From: Thermoproteota archaeon
Lineage (GTDB): Archaea > Thermoproteota > Thermoprotei_A > Sulfolobales > Ignisphaeraceae
Length of the DNA stretch: 64,000 nucleotides
NCBI GenBank assembly: GCA_030550585.1
Contig: JAUQPB010000001.1
Coordinates: 64,001 to 128,000, forward strand
Direction: 5' to 3'
Position 1 is the stretch's first letter; each line of letters starts with the position of its first letter. Shown here piece after piece: positions 49,525-60,042 of this stretch. The notes under the pieces were generated by a model. The model saw only the letters and a program-made list of their open reading frames with translations, was not told where the DNA came from and ran no database searches. Made by a program: the position numbers and the translations under genes.

Positions 49525-50460
49525 TTATATTCTAGACTCGTTTACGTTGAGCAGACTTGAGTATCTCTCAACAAACTTCTCTAGTTCTTCTCTTTTCGGC
49601 GAATCATATGACAATATGCGTGTTGCTTTTAACCCAGCTGCAATAGATGCATATACCAGCGCTTCGCTAACTCTTCTTTTCTCTAGGTACACTGTTGCAA
49701 ATACCCCTGTGAAGACGTCTCCACATCCAGATGTGGAATAGGGTTTTAGACCAAGCTTTTTTAGTGGAAGCGCGTTAACCTCTATGACTCTACCCCTCTT
49801 GTAGTCGTATAGCACTGCCCCCTTCTCACCTCTCTTAACAATTATCAGACAATTCGATTTTGAGTCTTCAGCACCACCGCCCTTTCTAGTTCTAATGTAG
49901 TGCAAATACTCGTTTTCATTTGGCATTATAAAACATTCATACTCTACGTTGTTGACTATCTCCAGCGGGTTCCAAATGTTTCCAGGATCCATAAAAACAG
50001 TGTTCCCACGAAATCTTGCAAGCACCTCTACAGCTACATGCCTCGGTATGTTAGCCACCACTACAGCCAATGCTTTTTCAATCTCTTGCGGAATGTGGGA
50101 AATATCCAACTCGTTGTTTGCACCTGGAATAGACACTATTGTAGACTCTCCATAGTCGTCTACTATAACATATGCCCTACCTGTGGCCTTGCCGAGCACA
50201 ACTATATGTTCTGTACCAACACCTTCTGAGCTGAGAAAACCCATAATCAAATCCTTTAGATCGTGCCCAACAGCACCAAAGAGTTTAACATCCCTTGTAC
50301 CTGCTCTAGCCATGGATATTGCTATATTTGCGCCTGTTCCCCCCACACCCTCAGCAATTACCCTACCAACAAATTTCTTACCCCTTTCAAACACACCTCC
50401 AACAGATATTATTGTATCGTAGTTTATTCTACCCGCTACAAAAACTGTCAATAACATCAC
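49525..50460 (-). CDS. PfkB-family carbohydrate/nucleoside kinase
   Basis: GGTGANIA, GAVG.D, PNENE, KRGEKGA and STSGCGDVF motifs. Confidence 0.88.
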   Translation of the reverse strand: MMLLTVFVAGRINYDTIISVGGVFERGKKFVGRVIAEGVGGTGANIAISMARAGTRDVKLFGAVGHDLKDLIMGFLSSEGVGTEHIVVLGKATGRAYVIVDDYGESTIVSIPGANNELDISHIPQEIEKALAVVVANIPRHVAVEVLARFRGNTVFMDPGNIWNPLEIVNNVEYECFIMPNENEYLHYIRTRKGGGAEDSKSNCLIIVKRGEKGAVLYDYKRGRVIEVNALPLKKLGLKPYSTSGCGDVFTGVFATVYLEKRRVSEALVYASIAAGLKATRILSYDSPKREELEKFVERYSSLLNVNESRI

Positions 50461-51056
50461 CTCGAGTAAAACCCTACTATATACCCATATGCAATCACAT
50501 GCCCATTCACTCTACTCAGCACATCCTCTGGCATTAGACCACTACCCCAGTCAGAATCTATGTCGAGGGCCATAGCCAAGAATATGTATCTATGCGGCTT
50601 ATCTCCTCTAGGGGGGCACATCCCCCCATAGCCCACATGTCCAAAGCTATTCAAACCCTGTCTTAGACTACCGCTCTTAGACTCTCCCTCGCTAATATCT
50701 ATATTTGCCCCGTTTAATCCATAAACAATCCAGTGATAGAAAACACCGCTAGGAGCGTCAGGGTCATAAACAATTAAAACAATGCTTTTGGCTTCTTGGG
50801 GTATATTGGATATTGTTAACTGTGGCGATATATTCTCTCCATCACATGTGTATTTCTGGGGTATTACCGAGCCATTGCTAAAAGATGTGCTGGTAACCAA
50901 TATAGATTTTCTTGCAGATTTAACCACACTCTCTATGCTTATACCAATTGAGGTGGATTCTGGGGTAATAAGATACTTATATGCTATTATAGTAACAATA
51001 ATTAATGCAATTATAGCTATTGTTATATAAAAAACTGTTTTTCTCAATACAACCAC
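50457..51056 (-). CDS. YbhB/YbcL (PEBP) family protein with N-terminal TM
   Basis: YTCDG...SP, DPDAP, HW, GYGGMCPP and HRY.F motifs. Confidence 0.9.
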   Translation of the reverse strand: MVVLRKTVFYITIAIIALIIVTIIAYKYLITPESTSIGISIESVVKSARKSILVTSTSFSNGSVIPQKYTCDGENISPQLTISNIPQEAKSIVLIVYDPDAPSGVFYHWIVYGLNGANIDISEGESKSGSLRQGLNSFGHVGYGGMCPPRGDKPHRYIFLAMALDIDSDWGSGLMPEDVLSRVNGHVIAYGYIVGFYSR

Positions 51057-51123
51057 AAAAATTATGTAGGTATTCGTAGAAATTTAAGTTTAACAACTCT
51101 ATTCTGTTAAAATTTTACTGAAG

Positions 51124-51735
51124 CTACTTAGAAAGGGCTTTTCTAGCCTCTTCAATAATTTTCCTAACCATCTCATTTTCTGTAGTGCTTGGGTAGATAG
51201 CCACTAAACTATTGTTACTTGGCTGCTTTGGCTCCTTGGCTCTTCTCCTTATCAAACCTAGAACAATGTTCAATGAGTATAGAGCTATAGAGACCCATGC
51301 ACCCCACCCTATCGCTTCTATGCCGACACCCCCGAGCACCGCTATGGCTGTTGCTGATGATATAAACCCTAGTGCTATACCAAATCCTATCGATGATGAT
51401 GCTAAAAAGACTCCCCTGCCATCGACTATGTCAGCCAGCCATAGAACGCCTCCAAAGGCTGCAAATATAGAGGTTAGCAATAGCGACTTTGCAAAAACAT
51501 CGCCTGCCAATCCCATTACCTTGTATGCATTGTATAGCGTGTAGCTCTCACCTCCTTGTATAATCCACGGCGCTACAAATACCAAGACAAACACAGCTAA
51601 AGATGCTAATGCTCCAGTTCCTGGAACAGCTGCTTGCCAATACCTCCTATTCTTGGTGTTTATAGCTACTAGCGATATTATTGGTGCCGAGCCTAAAGCT
51701 GCTATGAAATAAACTATTTCTTCTAGTTCTAGCAT
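51124..51735 (-). CDS. Hypothetical membrane protein
   Basis: About 5 TM helices. ATG 51735 preferred because the track start at 51861 overlaps mobB. Confidence 0.65.
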   Translation of the reverse strand: MLELEEIVYFIAALGSAPIISLVAINTKNRRYWQAAVPGTGALASLAVFVLVFVAPWIIQGGESYTLYNAYKVMGLAGDVFAKSLLLTSIFAAFGGVLWLADIVDGRGVFLASSSIGFGIALGFISSATAIAVLGGVGIEAIGWGAWVSIALYSLNIVLGLIRRRAKEPKQPSNNSLVAIYPSTTENEMVRKIIEEARKALSK

Positions 51736-51799
51736 ATCATACTGCACCACAGCATTATTTACAGCGATTAGATATATAAGATTGTGACCGCATAAAATA

Positions 51800-52573
51800 A
51801 TGGGAAGGATTTTGAATCCATATGTAATTAGATTCGTTTCTTTTGCGAGAAAAAGCGGCAAAACAAGCTTAGCTTCGCAGATAGTTGCAAAGCTTAAGTC
51901 GAGGGGCTACATAGTTGGCGTAATTAAACATTCCTATGACGAAATCGATGTTGCTGACAAAGACAGCTATGTATACTCCAATGCCGGTGCCGATGTAGTT
52001 GTTGTTTCAGCGCCTAGCAAGGGCGCTGTATTCTATAGCAAGTGGGTTGACGATCTGAGCCACATTGTCAGATATCTCACCACACCAATAGTTGTTGTTG
52101 AAGGGTTTAGAGATTCGAGCATGGGAGACTCTGTAGCCATTGTCAACAAGGCTGAGGAGATAGGGTCTATAAAGAGCCTTAAAAACCTCATTGCCGTTGT
52201 TGCTAGCGAGGAGCTTGCAGACGCCTTGAGAGGAAAACACGAGTTTAAGGTCTTCACAAAAAGCGATGTAGATGAGCTGGCTAACCTAGTTGAGGACAAG
52301 GCTATTAGCTATATAGAGTCTCAGACACCAAAGTTAAACTGCGGGTATTGTGGCTTCGAGTCTTGTAGAACATTTGCAAAGGCTTTTGCAATGGGGAAAA
52401 CAGGTTGGTGTCCCGTTAAACTAGATGTCAAATTGATTGTAAATGATAGGAATGTGCCGCTAAACCCATTTGTTAAAAACGCTTTGAGGTCTACCATAGA
52501 AGGGTTTATATCGTCTCTCAAAGGGGTTGAGGATAATAGGAGAAGAATTGTTATCGAGATAAATCTTGACTGA
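51800..52573 (+). CDS. mobB: Molybdopterin-guanine dinucleotide biosynthesis protein B with C-terminal FeS domain
   Basis: KSGKTS, VIKH, VEGF, NCGYCGFESC...C and LNPFV motifs. Confidence 0.88.
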   Translation: MGRILNPYVIRFVSFARKSGKTSLASQIVAKLKSRGYIVGVIKHSYDEIDVADKDSYVYSNAGADVVVVSAPSKGAVFYSKWVDDLSHIVRYLTTPIVVVEGFRDSSMGDSVAIVNKAEEIGSIKSLKNLIAVVASEELADALRGKHEFKVFTKSDVDELANLVEDKAISYIESQTPKLNCGYCGFESCRTFAKAFAMGKTGWCPVKLDVKLIVNDRNVPLNPFVKNALRSTIEGFISSLKGVEDNRRRIVIEINLD

Positions 52574-52593
52574 ACACATTTCGGCGATGCTGT

Positions 52594-53457
52594 ATGAGAA
52601 TCACAATAGATGACATAACACAGATAGACTATAGCTTTGTGGAGGACTACCTATCAAAATTCTTGAAGAGCAGCCTGGCAGCTTCCGGCAAAAAAGGTTT
52701 TGTTATCGGAGTTAGCGGTGGTGTTGATTCTGCTACAGCCTATGCATTGGCTGTTAGAAGTGTGGGTAGAGAGAATGTCTTAGCCATTATAATGCCCGAC
52801 AAGAATACAACACCAAAAGAGGATGTGGATGACGCCATCGAGCTTGTCAACAGATTTGGCGGGAGGTACAACATTGTTGAAATATCTGATATAGTTGAAT
52901 CATATGTTAGAAGCATTCCAATAGCCTCAAACAGTGATACACTTGCTGTTGGGAATCTGAGAGCTAGAATCAGAATGTGTATTCTATACTACTACGCAAA
53001 TAAACTTGACTATTTGGTTCTTGGCACTAGTGATAGGAGCGAGTATCTAATTGGCTACTTCACAAAATATGGCGATGGTGCAACGGATATAGCGCCTCTA
53101 ATAGTGTTGCTGAAGACACAGGTTAGAAGATTTGGAGAGTTTCTAGGTGTTCCAAGAAAAATTATTGAAAAACCCAGTTCGCCAAGGCTTTGGCCCGGCC
53201 ATCTAGCTGAAGAGGAGCTTGGCCTAAGGTATGAAGATATTGATCTAGTTCTATTCACTTTTTTCGATCTTGGAATGCCAGTAAATATGATACCCGAGGC
53301 CACAGGGGTTAGCGAGGATGTTGTGAAGAGGGTTATACACATGTATTCTGCTTCTTCGCATAAGAGGATCGGCATTTTAATGCCTGATGCAAAGCCTGTT
53401 ATAGAGCATGTAACAGGGTCGATATATGCAAGGCTTAGGAGGAGTCACACAAAATAA
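52594..53457 (+). CDS. nadE: NH3-dependent NAD+ synthetase
   Basis: GVSGGVDS, GNLRARIRM, GYFTKYGDG and KPSSPRLW motifs. Confidence 0.95.
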   Translation: MRITIDDITQIDYSFVEDYLSKFLKSSLAASGKKGFVIGVSGGVDSATAYALAVRSVGRENVLAIIMPDKNTTPKEDVDDAIELVNRFGGRYNIVEISDIVESYVRSIPIASNSDTLAVGNLRARIRMCILYYYANKLDYLVLGTSDRSEYLIGYFTKYGDGATDIAPLIVLLKTQVRRFGEFLGVPRKIIEKPSSPRLWPGHLAEEELGLRYEDIDLVLFTFFDLGMPVNMIPEATGVSEDVVKRVIHMYSASSHKRIGILMPDAKPVIEHVTGSIYARLRRSHTK

Positions 53458-53545
53458 TCTGCTCTTTCTATGCAAACCAATTGTCAATGGCGTCTCCAAT
53501 TTTATATTATCTTGAAATATTTTAATTCTTGTAGCGTGATAAAAG

Positions 53546-54001
53546 TTGGTGGCTCTCGTGGAGTATGTGTATAGACCAAGCGACGATATTGAAAATCTTC
53601 TAGAAGAGGCTTCAAACCCACAGCTAGCCGACCCTATAAAGGTTATACTGCTCTACACATACTTTGAAAAGGTTTCTGCAAACGTAATTGTAGCTTCCGG
53701 TGAGAGAAAGTTAAAGGCCATCCTATGTAGACTCTCTTCTAAAAAGAGGATAAACAGGGCTTTGGCAATACTGAGAAAAGGGGGTTTTCTTTCGGAGGAC
53801 GAATACAAGGCTATTAGAAGAGTTGCTAGGGTTCTTCGATGCCTAAGAAATACCTTTTTGCATCAGGTCTGCGAATCGTCTTGCCCATCTATAGACCTTG
53901 GAGAGGCAATAAACGTGGCTAGACTGTTTAGCTTAAGGGCTAGGGAGTACATAGACAAGGTATTGAATAGCTGGTCTGTAGACTCTCCAAAAAGCCTTTA
54001 A
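53546..54001 (+). CDS. Hypothetical helical protein with HEPN-like Rx4H motif
   Basis: YFE...LRKGGFLSEDE...LRNTFLH pattern. Confidence 0.55.
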   Translation: MVALVEYVYRPSDDIENLLEEASNPQLADPIKVILLYTYFEKVSANVIVASGERKLKAILCRLSSKKRINRALAILRKGGFLSEDEYKAIRRVARVLRCLRNTFLHQVCESSCPSIDLGEAINVARLFSLRAREYIDKVLNSWSVDSPKSL

Positions 54002-54027
54002 CTATGCTAAACAGAGCAATATTTTAA

Positions 54028-55020
54028 ATGAAGTCCGGCAAAGAGATTAGATGCTCTTTATGTAGAGAACCGGCTGTCACAAGGATAGCCTATGCAAAGC
54101 TGTGGCTATGCAAAAAACATTTTATTGAGTTCATTGAGAAAAGGATTTTAGAAACCATCAATAGATATAGACTTGCTGGACGAGGACAGAGGATACTGGT
54201 TGCTGTATCCGGAGGCAAAGACAGTATCACAACGCTTTATATGCTTCACAAAGCATCTATGGAAATGGGTTTCAAGGTAATTGCTCTACACATAGACTTG
54301 GGTATAGGGATGTACTCAAAGATCTCGCGGGAAACCGTAGAACATTTCTGTCAATCGCTTAGAATCCCACTCATTACGCTAGATCTCAAGACTCTCACAG
54401 GCTATAGCCTACCTGAGTTTGTGCACAAAACGAGAAGACCTCCATGTAGCATATGCGGCTTGTTAAAAAGGTATTTGATAAATGTTGTTGCACAAGAGAT
54501 TAAGGCTGATGCTGTAGCGCTTGGACATCACCTCGACGACCTACTGCCATATATATTCAAAAACTTTATTCTTCAAAACCTCTTCGAAATATCTAAACTC
54601 GGCCCTAGAACAGAGAGCGAAAATGGTCTTGTCGGCAGGATAAGACCTCTATACGAGGTTTCAGAACATGAGATAGCTCTCTACGCAAAACTTTCTAACC
54701 TGCCTTTTGTAGATGAGGAGTGTCCCTACGCAGGTAAGAAGAATCTTGATAAGCAGGTCAAGGAGTTCTTAAATAGTTTAGAGAGTCTGCATCCCGGAAT
54801 CAAAATATCTTTTGCAAGAGCTGTGGCACGGAATATCCATGTATACAAAGCGCTTTCTACCACAAAACCATTGAAAAAATGTATGGTTTGTGGAGCTCCA
54901 TCAAATGATGACATATGTTCTTTTTGCAAGCTAACCAATAGAGTGGCTGGAAAACCACTTGGAGCTGAGGTGAGACTAAAAATAAGAGATGCGCTTTCTT
55001 CTCTAGGTCTGTTAGAATGA
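54028..55020 (+). CDS. ttuA: tRNA 2-thiolation protein, TtuA/Ncs6 family
   Basis: N- and C-terminal Zn fingers, SGGKDS PP-loop, CSICG, GHHLDD, RIRPL and ECPY motifs. Confidence 0.88.
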   Translation: MKSGKEIRCSLCREPAVTRIAYAKLWLCKKHFIEFIEKRILETINRYRLAGRGQRILVAVSGGKDSITTLYMLHKASMEMGFKVIALHIDLGIGMYSKISRETVEHFCQSLRIPLITLDLKTLTGYSLPEFVHKTRRPPCSICGLLKRYLINVVAQEIKADAVALGHHLDDLLPYIFKNFILQNLFEISKLGPRTESENGLVGRIRPLYEVSEHEIALYAKLSNLPFVDEECPYAGKKNLDKQVKEFLNSLESLHPGIKISFARAVARNIHVYKALSTTKPLKKCMVCGAPSNDDICSFCKLTNRVAGKPLGAEVRLKIRDALSSLGLLE

Positions 55021-55436
55021 GACTAAAAATACCGAAAAAAGTTTTTGAAGTGCTGATAGAGATTGCCACTAATAGCTCTGATGAGATTGTCCTCATAGGA
55101 GTTGGAAATACAAAGGAAGGCGATATTATAATCAGCGAATTTTTTAAATGTAGGAACATTGCTGAAAATACTAAAATAGAATTTAAGGCAGACCCCCTAT
55201 GTATATATACAGCATATAAATACGCTGAAAGGAATGGGCTAGAGATTGTGGCTATTATCCACAGCCATCCTGCACCACCATATCCGAGCAACCTTGACAT
55301 GAAAAACATGAGGCTTTGGGACATACCATGGATAATAATAGATAGTTTAACAGGAGCCTCAAAAGCCTGGATGGTCGATGACAATGTCGTTGAGGTGCCT
55401 ATAGAATTTGTGGATGATGATTGTGGCCGTAACTGA
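55017..55436 (+). CDS. JAMM/MPN+ metalloprotease (desampylase-like)
   Basis: E...HSHPAPPYPSNLD motif, 4-nt overlap with ttuA. Confidence 0.9.
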   Translation: MRLKIPKKVFEVLIEIATNSSDEIVLIGVGNTKEGDIIISEFFKCRNIAENTKIEFKADPLCIYTAYKYAERNGLEIVAIIHSHPAPPYPSNLDMKNMRLWDIPWIIIDSLTGASKAWMVDDNVVEVPIEFVDDDCGRN

Positions 55437-55467
55437 GTTTTGATGATAGGTGGGCTTTTCTGATCGA
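55410..55467 (+). ncRNA. Box C/D 2'-O-methylation guide sRNA overlapping the JAMM stop codon
   Basis: C ATGATGA 55414-20, 12-nt guide, D' CTGA 55433-36, C' TGATGA 55441-46, 13-nt guide, D CTGA 55460-63. Confidence 0.88.
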
Positions 55468-55596
55468 CTTCTCTAATTTTGATCTCGAGAGACGCAAATT
55501 GTGGGATGATTAAGGATTGAAACATGTTTCAAGATGACTTGATGTTTTGGAAAAATTCTAGGTCTAGAGATTTTGACGCATATTAAAGCACTTGAA

Positions 55597-57159
55597 TTAG
55601 AATATTGGAGCCTTTACTAAGTCAGCGTAGTACTCCCTCAAGACCCTCTGCATGCTTGCTCTAGGTATGAAGGATCTAAATGCTGAGAGGGCTATACCAT
55701 AGTATCTCTCGGGATTGTTCTTATACAAATTAAATATCTGTAAGAGCTTGGCCTTCAACTCTGCATATTCCCTTTCGTTGATTTCACCAGCTCTCTGGCT
55801 GTAGACATCTATCGGATCTCTTATGTCTTCTCCAAAGAGCCACCCATTCACATGGTCTACGATAAACTCTAGCGCCCCGCCATCTCTTGAGGCAAGAGTT
55901 GGAACAGCATTTATGGCTGCTTTCATGAAGCTTGTGCCGCATGCCTCAAGCCCTGAGAACGGTGTGAACAATAGCAGATCCCCAGATGATAGAACTATCT
56001 TTGCCTTTTGAATGTCATAGTCATGTATGTATACAACGTTTGGCAGCTCGTTGTGTAGCTTCTTAAACAGTTTCATGTATTCGAGGCCCACATAGTCATA
56101 TGGATGGGCTTTCCCTCCAAGTACAAAGAGTATTGGCATGTCTTTGAGTTCTCTAGCAAGTTTTATAGCCATCCAAGGTCTTTTATACTCTGTTATCCTT
56201 CTAGCCCAGACAACAACGAATTTGTCATCTATTGTAACATCCTTTTTGTATTGCTGGAGAAAAGTTTCAAAGCGGTTTCTAATCCTTTCTCTAATCTTTA
56301 CAAGAGCATCTAGACTTATTGACGTTGCTGAGTAGAGTTTTTTAAGCTCTTCATGCATCCACCTATCGATGTTTACACCATTGGTTATATAGCCAAGCTT
56401 GTCGCTGAAGTGCGGAAATATTCTAAGGAGAACATCGTAGTGTTTGGCTGATACAGCAAACGCTTGCTCTGCAACGGCAAGACCTATTTCAGTTAGATAC
56501 ACCTCCGACTCTATGAATCTATATTCATATTCTAGCGACAGGAGATCCCTTGGAAATGATGGGTGGCCCCATATGCCGGCGGTGTGTATAACCATTCTAT
56601 ACTTTCCAGGGATTCTAAGCTGAAGGGGCAGCAAAGCTGTGTACGCTTCTTGAAGATCTATATATGCTATGTCCTCCAATCCAATGTTTCTTCTGATATA
56701 CTCTGCCGCCGCCTTTGCTAGCAGTGTGTATTTGTAGAACTTTTCTTCTGTAGAGTCTTCAATGTATATTCTATCAACTATTTTACTAGCCCAAGCAGGG
56801 CTGTCAACATTGAAGAAAACTGTTTTTGCAGTTCCATATGTATATTCCAAAGCCTCTACAACTACATCACTATTTCTCAACTTTATCGTAAACTTGTCGC
56901 CAGGCTTTAGCATATTGAGAAATTCTTGGGGCTGTGGCTGGGGCTTTGGCTTCGGAGTACCATCTGGATCAAATTCGTAGTCTACATAACCATTCTTATA
57001 GAGAAGTGTTAGAACAACATATCTCATCCCCATTTTCCCAGCAGCATAAAACTTGTCTCCCTCTAAAACCCCTAGACCACCTGCATATGTGTAACCTGAT
57101 TCTAGCGCTAGATCAGGTGTTATGCTAATCGCATAAGCATCTCTTCTTACACTACTCAA
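55597..57159 (-). CDS. Alpha-glucan phosphorylase, compact GT35 type
   Basis: YAGGLGVLEGD, AVSAKH, ITNGV, ARRITEYKR, GKAHP and EACGTSFMKA motifs. Confidence 0.9.
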   Translation of the reverse strand: MSSVRRDAYAISITPDLALESGYTYAGGLGVLEGDKFYAAGKMGMRYVVLTLLYKNGYVDYEFDPDGTPKPKPQPQPQEFLNMLKPGDKFTIKLRNSDVVVEALEYTYGTAKTVFFNVDSPAWASKIVDRIYIEDSTEEKFYKYTLLAKAAAEYIRRNIGLEDIAYIDLQEAYTALLPLQLRIPGKYRMVIHTAGIWGHPSFPRDLLSLEYEYRFIESEVYLTEIGLAVAEQAFAVSAKHYDVLLRIFPHFSDKLGYITNGVNIDRWMHEELKKLYSATSISLDALVKIRERIRNRFETFLQQYKKDVTIDDKFVVVWARRITEYKRPWMAIKLARELKDMPILFVLGGKAHPYDYVGLEYMKLFKKLHNELPNVVYIHDYDIQKAKIVLSSGDLLLFTPFSGLEACGTSFMKAAINAVPTLASRDGGALEFIVDHVNGWLFGEDIRDPIDVYSQRAGEINEREYAELKAKLLQIFNLYKNNPERYYGIALSAFRSFIPRASMQRVLREYYADLVKAPIF

Positions 57160-57283
57160 AAGTTTTCACCATAGTAATTTCTATGTTGTCACAGATATTA
57201 AAACGCTATCAGCTTTCAATAGAGTATCTAGAGGAAAGATATATACTGTAAGAACCGTTATATTGACAGCTATTGGATAAACT

Positions 57284-58579
57284 TCAATGCAGGGCTATAG
57301 CCGGTACCCACAGTAGGGCGAGGTATATCAAGGTGTTTACAGCTGTTACGATAACCCCTATCCTTAGGAACTCTGTAAACGATATTGATGTGCTCATCTT
57401 TGACTCTAGATACTCAATTATTATTATATTCGATGCTGCGCCAAGAAGCGTTAGGTTCCCAGCTATTGTAGATGCCATTGCTAGTGTTATCCAAGATAGT
57501 TGGTCGTTGCTTGCATATCCAAGGCTCTTCATATAGTCTATAACCAGTTTTGTGAAAGGCACATTGCTTATGACCTAGCTTACAACTATAGACGCAGCTG
57601 TTATAGAGAGTATATCCATTATGCCACTGAGCTTCCTCGGTATGAATATGTTTAGAAGTGGGTTTAGAACACCACTTCTCCAAACCCCCTCCATAGTTAT
57701 AAACATCGTTATGAAGAATATTATTGTCCCCCAATCAACATTCGATAGAACCTTTCTCAGATTCCTAAACATTATGTATAGAGCAGCCGCTATTATAAAT
57801 GGTATGAACCCCCTCTTAGATATGTAGGGCAAACCCATTATCTGCAGAACATCATTGACGATAAGAGCTGCTATAGAGGATAGCAACCCTATGACCCCCC
57901 GTAGCGCTTCTCTCCTATCCTTTATGGCCTCATGGGGTACTAAGGCAAGTTGAACCCTCTTATTCTCTATCCTAAAATACTTTATGATTATATATGGCGT
58001 CACCAAGAGGTTTATGATGGTTGGTATAATCAGATAATTCACAAATCTTATGAAGGGGCCTCTAGACCAGATCTCTCAGCTATCAAAACGTTTTGCGGAT
58101 TTCCAATGGGTGTTGTAACAGAGCCTATTGTAAGCGAGAATGCGAGTAGGAGGAACATAGCCTTTGGATCAACGTCAATAGCTCTTGCAATAGTGTATGC
58201 TATTGGAGGTCCCATGAACGCTACAGTATCGTTCATTGCTATAGCTGCTAGAAGACCAAACAATATAGATGAGGCATATATCACCGTATACCTGCTTTTG
58301 AAGCGACCAATAAACCATGTGGAGATGGCTTCTAGAACCCCTGACACCTCGGCCAATCCAACTATTGAGAACATGCCAATTAAAAACAGTATTACATCAA
58401 GGTCGATAACATTGTCTAGCTCATCTGGTTTAACCAATCTGAAGAGAATTGTTATAAACGATAGAAAGGCCATTATGCTCCACACAGGTGTCTGGGGCCT
58501 GCGACTTCTAGCTATGAGTGATGCTATAAGCAGTATGACTATTATCAACCCAGCTAAATTCTCATAGTTTATAACTCAT
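57284..58579 (-). pseudogene. ArsB/SLC13-like anion permease, disrupted
   Basis: Three fragments (MNDT, TPIGNPQN; VDWGTIIFF; SNVPF, STIAGNLTLLGAASN). Frameshift near 58050, in-frame TAG at 57575-77, no clean in-frame ATG. Confidence 0.85.
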
Positions 58580-58650
58580 CAAACTTGGGTTTGATAACTG
58601 TGGAGAAAACAAAAAGCTTTTCTATTAAATTCTGTATGTATAGTTGTTTT

Positions 58651-60039
58651 CTAACCTTTGTCAAGCCTCTTTATCGATGGGGGTATTAGACCCCCTCTTT
58701 CAACAAACTTTTTTGTATCGTATCTAGGCACATTCATGACTACGGTTGATCCTAGCAGCCCCCCAAAGTCAACCACATCACCTGGTTTTGCATTTGGTAC
58801 AGGTATTATTCTAACCCCAAGTGCTTTGTCGAGTGCTATTCCAACAGCCATAACATCTAGTATTAGAGCGGCTATTGTTTCTGGCGGTGTATCACCTGGA
58901 ATTGCAACCATGTCTATTCCGGTGTTGCAGACAGCCATCATGGCCTCTAGCCTATCTATCGTTATAGCCCCTAGCATAGCTGCTCTAGTCATCCCCCAGT
59001 CCTCGCTAACTGGTATAAATGCCCCACTCAATCCCCCTATACTCGAAGTTGCCATTGCACCGCCCTTCTTAACCGCGTCAACCAATATATATAGAGCTGC
59101 TATACTGCCAGGGGCTCCGGCAACCTCCAAGCCCATCGCCTCCAATATTCTTGCAACGCTATCCCCTATTTTTGGCGATGGAGCGACAGAAAGGTCGACA
59201 ATACCGAACTGTGCGCCTATCTCCTTAGCAACCTCTCTCCCGATAAGCTCACCCAGCCTAGTTATCTTGAATGCTGCCCTCTTCACATAGTCGTGCAATG
59301 TTCTCATATCAGCTTTTTCTCCAAGCCTCTTAATGACAGCCTCTATCACCCCAGGGCCGCTAACAGCAACATTGACAACTGTTTCCGGCTCTCCGAGACC
59401 GTGGTAAGCCCCTGGTACGAATGGGTTGTCCTCTGGGGCATTAGCCATAACAGCGAATCTTGTGCATCCAATTCCCTTCGGAGTCTTGTGGGCAAGGTCA
59501 ACAATTTTTCTAGAGACTGTGTTAACCGCATCGACGTTTATTCCAGTGTATGTTGATGCTGCGTTAATCATGGATGCTATTGTCTGTGTCGATGCTAGTG
59601 CATCTGGAAACGACTCTATTACAGCTATATCTCCATGTGTAAAGCCTTTGTGTACAAAGGCTGAGTACCCACCAACATAGTCTATTCCAATGCTTGTGGC
59701 AATCCTATCAATTGCTTTAGCGATCTCTATTCCAGCCTCAACAGCCTTGTCGATACTGTTCTTAGCTATAGCCTCTAGAACAATTGATATCGGTGTCAAC
59801 GCAATTCTCTTGGTAACTATCTTTACACCATATTTGTTGGCAACTTTGTCAACAGCTTTAACCAGCTTCTCGCCATATACACCAACCTTTCTCTCTACAC
59901 AGCCAATAGAGTCTGCTACGTTATGCGATATACAATCCTGGATGCTTAAACCAAGTGTTACAGACCTTATGTCCAGATCTTGAAAAAGTAGCATCTCAAC
60001 AACTTCTCCAATTTCCTCAGGAGCGAATATCCTTGGCAA
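58651..60039 (-). CDS. UPF0210/DUF711 (PFL-like fold) family protein
   Basis: LDIRSVTLG, KRIALTPI, NAPEDNPF.PGAYHG, AFKITR.GEL and GGLSGAFIPVSED motifs. Confidence 0.9.
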   Translation of the reverse strand: MPRIFAPEEIGEVVEMLLFQDLDIRSVTLGLSIQDCISHNVADSIGCVERKVGVYGEKLVKAVDKVANKYGVKIVTKRIALTPISIVLEAIAKNSIDKAVEAGIEIAKAIDRIATSIGIDYVGGYSAFVHKGFTHGDIAVIESFPDALASTQTIASMINAASTYTGINVDAVNTVSRKIVDLAHKTPKGIGCTRFAVMANAPEDNPFVPGAYHGLGEPETVVNVAVSGPGVIEAVIKRLGEKADMRTLHDYVKRAAFKITRLGELIGREVAKEIGAQFGIVDLSVAPSPKIGDSVARILEAMGLEVAGAPGSIAALYILVDAVKKGGAMATSSIGGLSGAFIPVSEDWGMTRAAMLGAITIDRLEAMMAVCNTGIDMVAIPGDTPPETIAALILDVMAVGIALDKALGVRIIPVPNAKPGDVVDFGGLLGSTVVMNVPRYDTKKFVERGGLIPPSIKRLDKG

Positions 60040-60042
60040 GCG

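Noticed and set aside
55517-55532. Perfect palindrome TTGAAACATGTTTCAA (also CATTGAATTCAATG at 11847-11860)
   Set aside because: Single, AT-rich and not positioned at an evident promoter, so no function can be supported.
11395-57577. In-frame stops (TAG in PaREP1 and the permease, TGA in the MFS) as pyrrolysine, selenocysteine or code reassignment
   Set aside because: They co-occur with frameshifts or truncation, and TAG and TGA end many intact genes here, so ordinary pseudogenisation explains them.
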